The notes below the pieces were generated by a model, which was given only the letters and a program-made list of their open reading frames with translations, was not told where the DNA came from and did not search any database. This document shows positions 62,322 through 64,000 of a stretch of DNA of 64,000 bases, one piece after another. The first letter of the stretch is position 1; every line of letters begins with the position of its first letter. Source of the DNA: Candidatus Omnitrophota bacterium (GTDB lineage Bacteria > Omnitrophota > Gorgyraeia > Zapsychrales > Zapsychraceae); contig JAFGFL010000050.1 of assembly GCA_016931055.1 (NCBI GenBank), forward strand, positions 1,535 through 65,534. The letters run 5' to 3'. The position numbers and the translations under genes are program-made.

Positions 62322-64000
62322 TTACGGAAAATAACAGACCAGCCGTTGGGAGATGATGTCCGAAGAGATATTGAGCAGTTTCTCGCCAATGTCAAAGACT
62401 TTGACGACATGTTCGTATTTTTGATACTCCTGTCTTAAAGAGGCCAGAATATTGGGCTTGGAATCGAAAAATGACTTATTTAGAAAGACGCCCTGGCGTT
62501 CCGGGAAAAGCGCCAGATACATGATATCCGTCTCGACCAGATCCTGGAAGAAATGGGTGCCGAAGGAAAGTTCGGGGACCGCGTTGCTTGTGGCGAACTC
62601 GATCTCGCAAAGGACCGTGACATTATTGATCTCCGCAAAGGAAACGGGGACCCCCAAAGAAGGCGTCGTTGTCCCCCATCTTCCGGGCCCCAGCAGCATC
62701 ACTGTTGTCTGCTCCCTGCTTTCGATCTGCTTGTTTAATTCGCCGATAACGCGCGCAATGTCATATTTTTCCGATTGTGACGGCAGGTCGCTGTAAGCCT
62801 GCGGATCGACATAAATGATCCTGTTGATGAACTGGGAAATATTGCCCCCGATGAAATTCCCCGATGACTCGAAGACAATCTTTTCCTTGGGGATGGCATC
62901 AGGGATCTGCACCCTCCTCCCCCATCCTTTGGTCTTCAGCGGCCGGCATTGGAGAACATTGATCTGAAACTTATTATTCTCTTTAAAATTGACCGTAAAT
63001 TCGACGTCCACAGGATAGCTGTAGGCAGCCTCCAAACATTGAAGGATCTTTTGTATCGTCTGTTGAAAATTGTCCTCAGCGAATAATTTGTCAAAAGTGA
63101 TGATCCAGGCCTCTTCATCGACCCCCCTGGCCTGCCTCCGTTCCATCGTCTTATAATCTTTCGTTGCCGTTAAATCCAGCTTCAAATCCACCTTTTCCTT
63201 TAAAAGGTCGGTGATCAATACCGTCTTAAAATTGTTCTCCCTTAAGTCGATCGTGTCCAGTTTGTGCTGCGAAAACCTTTGGGTATCTTCAATGCCCGCA
63301 TGCGGTTTCAATAACGGGTCATCCAAGGCCACGATGCGGGGATAATCCCCCTCAACGCGGTTGACCGCCCGCGTCCCGAGCCCAAGAACCAAACGCAACA
63401 TGCCGGCTTCAGGGTCCATGCCTTCCTTCCAGACAAAGGTATTGTAGGACAGCCCGACGCCGGCGACATCGGGGAAAAAGTAATCGTTATGGTACGAGCC
63501 CGAAACCCGCTGCACCAGAAGGGCCATCTGTTCGTCCATTTGGTCCAATCCCCGCTGCAGGCGGTAGGCCAGCGCATCCTTGCTCATCGTTGAAGCATAG
63601 ATGCGACGGACCGCTTCTATGAACGCCGCGTACCGTTGTTCCGGGGTCCCCTGGTTGGCCAGAAAAATACTTTCGTACTTTCCCGCAAAGGCATTGCCGT
63701 AACTGTCCTCAAGCAGGCTGCTGGAACGGACGATGATCGGCGACTGCCCGAAGTACTCGATAATCTCCTTGAACCGTTCGATGATCTCTTCAGGGAAAAC
63801 ACCTTTTAACATCTTTTCTCTCAGGTCTTTCGAGGCTTCAAAATAATGCTCCTTGGTCCTCTGCCGCACGCGGTCCTGCCACCACCCGTTCTCGACAATA
63901 TAGGTGTAGAAAACGTCCGAGCCGATATAAAAGGAATCGTGCGCTTCAAATAAATTGTCCGCGTCCGGGAATTCCTCTTTCGTGAGAATCTTGCGGGCGA
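62322..64000 (-). CDS. PEP/pyruvate-binding (PPDK_N / PEP synthase-like) domain protein, 5' end beyond the right window edge
   Basis: IIVRSSSLLEDSYGNAFAGKYES nucleotide-binding-domain motif. The track start at 63869 is GTG, but the frame stays open to base 64000 (...FPDADNLFEAHDSFYIGSDVFYTYIVENGWWQDRV-RQRTKEHYF). Confidence 0.75.
   Translation of the reverse strand, partial: ARKILTKEEFPDADNLFEAHDSFYIGSDVFYTYIVENGWWQDRVRQRTKEHYFEASKDLREKMLKGVFPEEIIERFKEIIEYFGQSPIIVRSSSLLEDSYGNAFAGKYESIFLANQGTPEQRYAAFIEAVRRIYASTMSKDALAYRLQRGLDQMDEQMALLVQRVSGSYHNDYFFPDVAGVGLSYNTFVWKEGMDPEAGMLRLVLGLGTRAVNRVEGDYPRIVALDDPLLKPHAGIEDTQRFSQHKLDTIDLRENNFKTVLITDLLKEKVDLKLDLTATKDYKTMERRQARGVDEEAWIITFDKLFAEDNFQQTIQKILQCLEAAYSYPVDVEFTVNFKENNKFQINVLQCRPLKTKGWGRRVQIPDAIPKEKIVFESSGNFIGGNISQFINRIIYVDPQAYSDLPSQSEKYDIARVIGELNKQIESREQTTVMLLGPGRWGTTTPSLGVPVSFAEINNVTVLCEIEFATSNAVPELSFGTHFFQDLVETDIMYLALFPERQGVFLNKSFFDSKPNILASLRQEYQKYEHVVKVFDIGEKLLNISSDIISQRLVCYFP

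Overview
This window is gene-dense and coded almost entirely on the minus strand. It looks like chromosome from an anaerobic, probably uncultivated bacterium. Some proteins resemble PVC-group or Thermococcales-type families, but that is inference from sequence resemblance only. I found no rRNA, tRNA, CRISPR array, transposase or integrase.

Main blocks:
- (1) 1-2.1 kb: the 5' part of recG plus two small genes.
- (2) 2.1-20.8 kb: one very long minus-strand array. It encodes a group-4 membrane-bound [NiFe] hydrogenase (NuoH/B/C/D/I-like subunits) joined to a full Mrp-antiporter-like module. It is headed by a sulfhydrogenase-type beta/gamma pair (FeS + FAD/NAD(P)) and a CooF-like polyferredoxin. 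It is followed by a maturation protease, a zinc-domain-less HypA-like gene, hypFCDE and moeA.
- (3) 20.9-29 kb: a putative Ni permease, a PilZ protein, acs, xth, an orphan AmmeMemoRadiSam radical SAM gene and unknowns.
- (4) 29.9-48.9 kb: a roughly 19 kb tightly packed minus-strand array. A Fur-family regulator with 7-1-7 palindromic operators heads it. It carries DUF5320 x2, NifX-like x2, MinD-ferredoxin ATPases x2, AdoMetDC-like, two methyltransferase-type genes, a TauE permease, IscU-like, a Trx-DsbD-like membrane protein, Mrp/ApbC and a radical SAM gene. These are followed by panD, def and an archaeal-type HypA + Mrp/MinD-type HypB pair, then stress/metal genes (OsmC, HPr-like, BioB, DUF89, ZIP, DsrE-like, DPSL).
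- (5) 49-64 kb: metY, TrpB2, DUF1846, a PurF-like gene lacking the Cys nucleophile, carB, a B12-radical SAM gene, dgkA, purC and a partial PEP-utilising enzyme.

The best candidates for novelty are the NAD(P)H-module/Mbh-Mrp hydrogenase chimera, the Fur-headed DUF5320/NifX/MinD-ferredoxin locus with a shared N-terminal MPxxDGxGP tag, and several structured noncoding elements. The noncoding elements are tandem sRNA-like units upstream of metY and palindromic short-motif arrays at 25.9 and 55.5 kb. All functional calls rest on motif recognition by eye; no database search was run.
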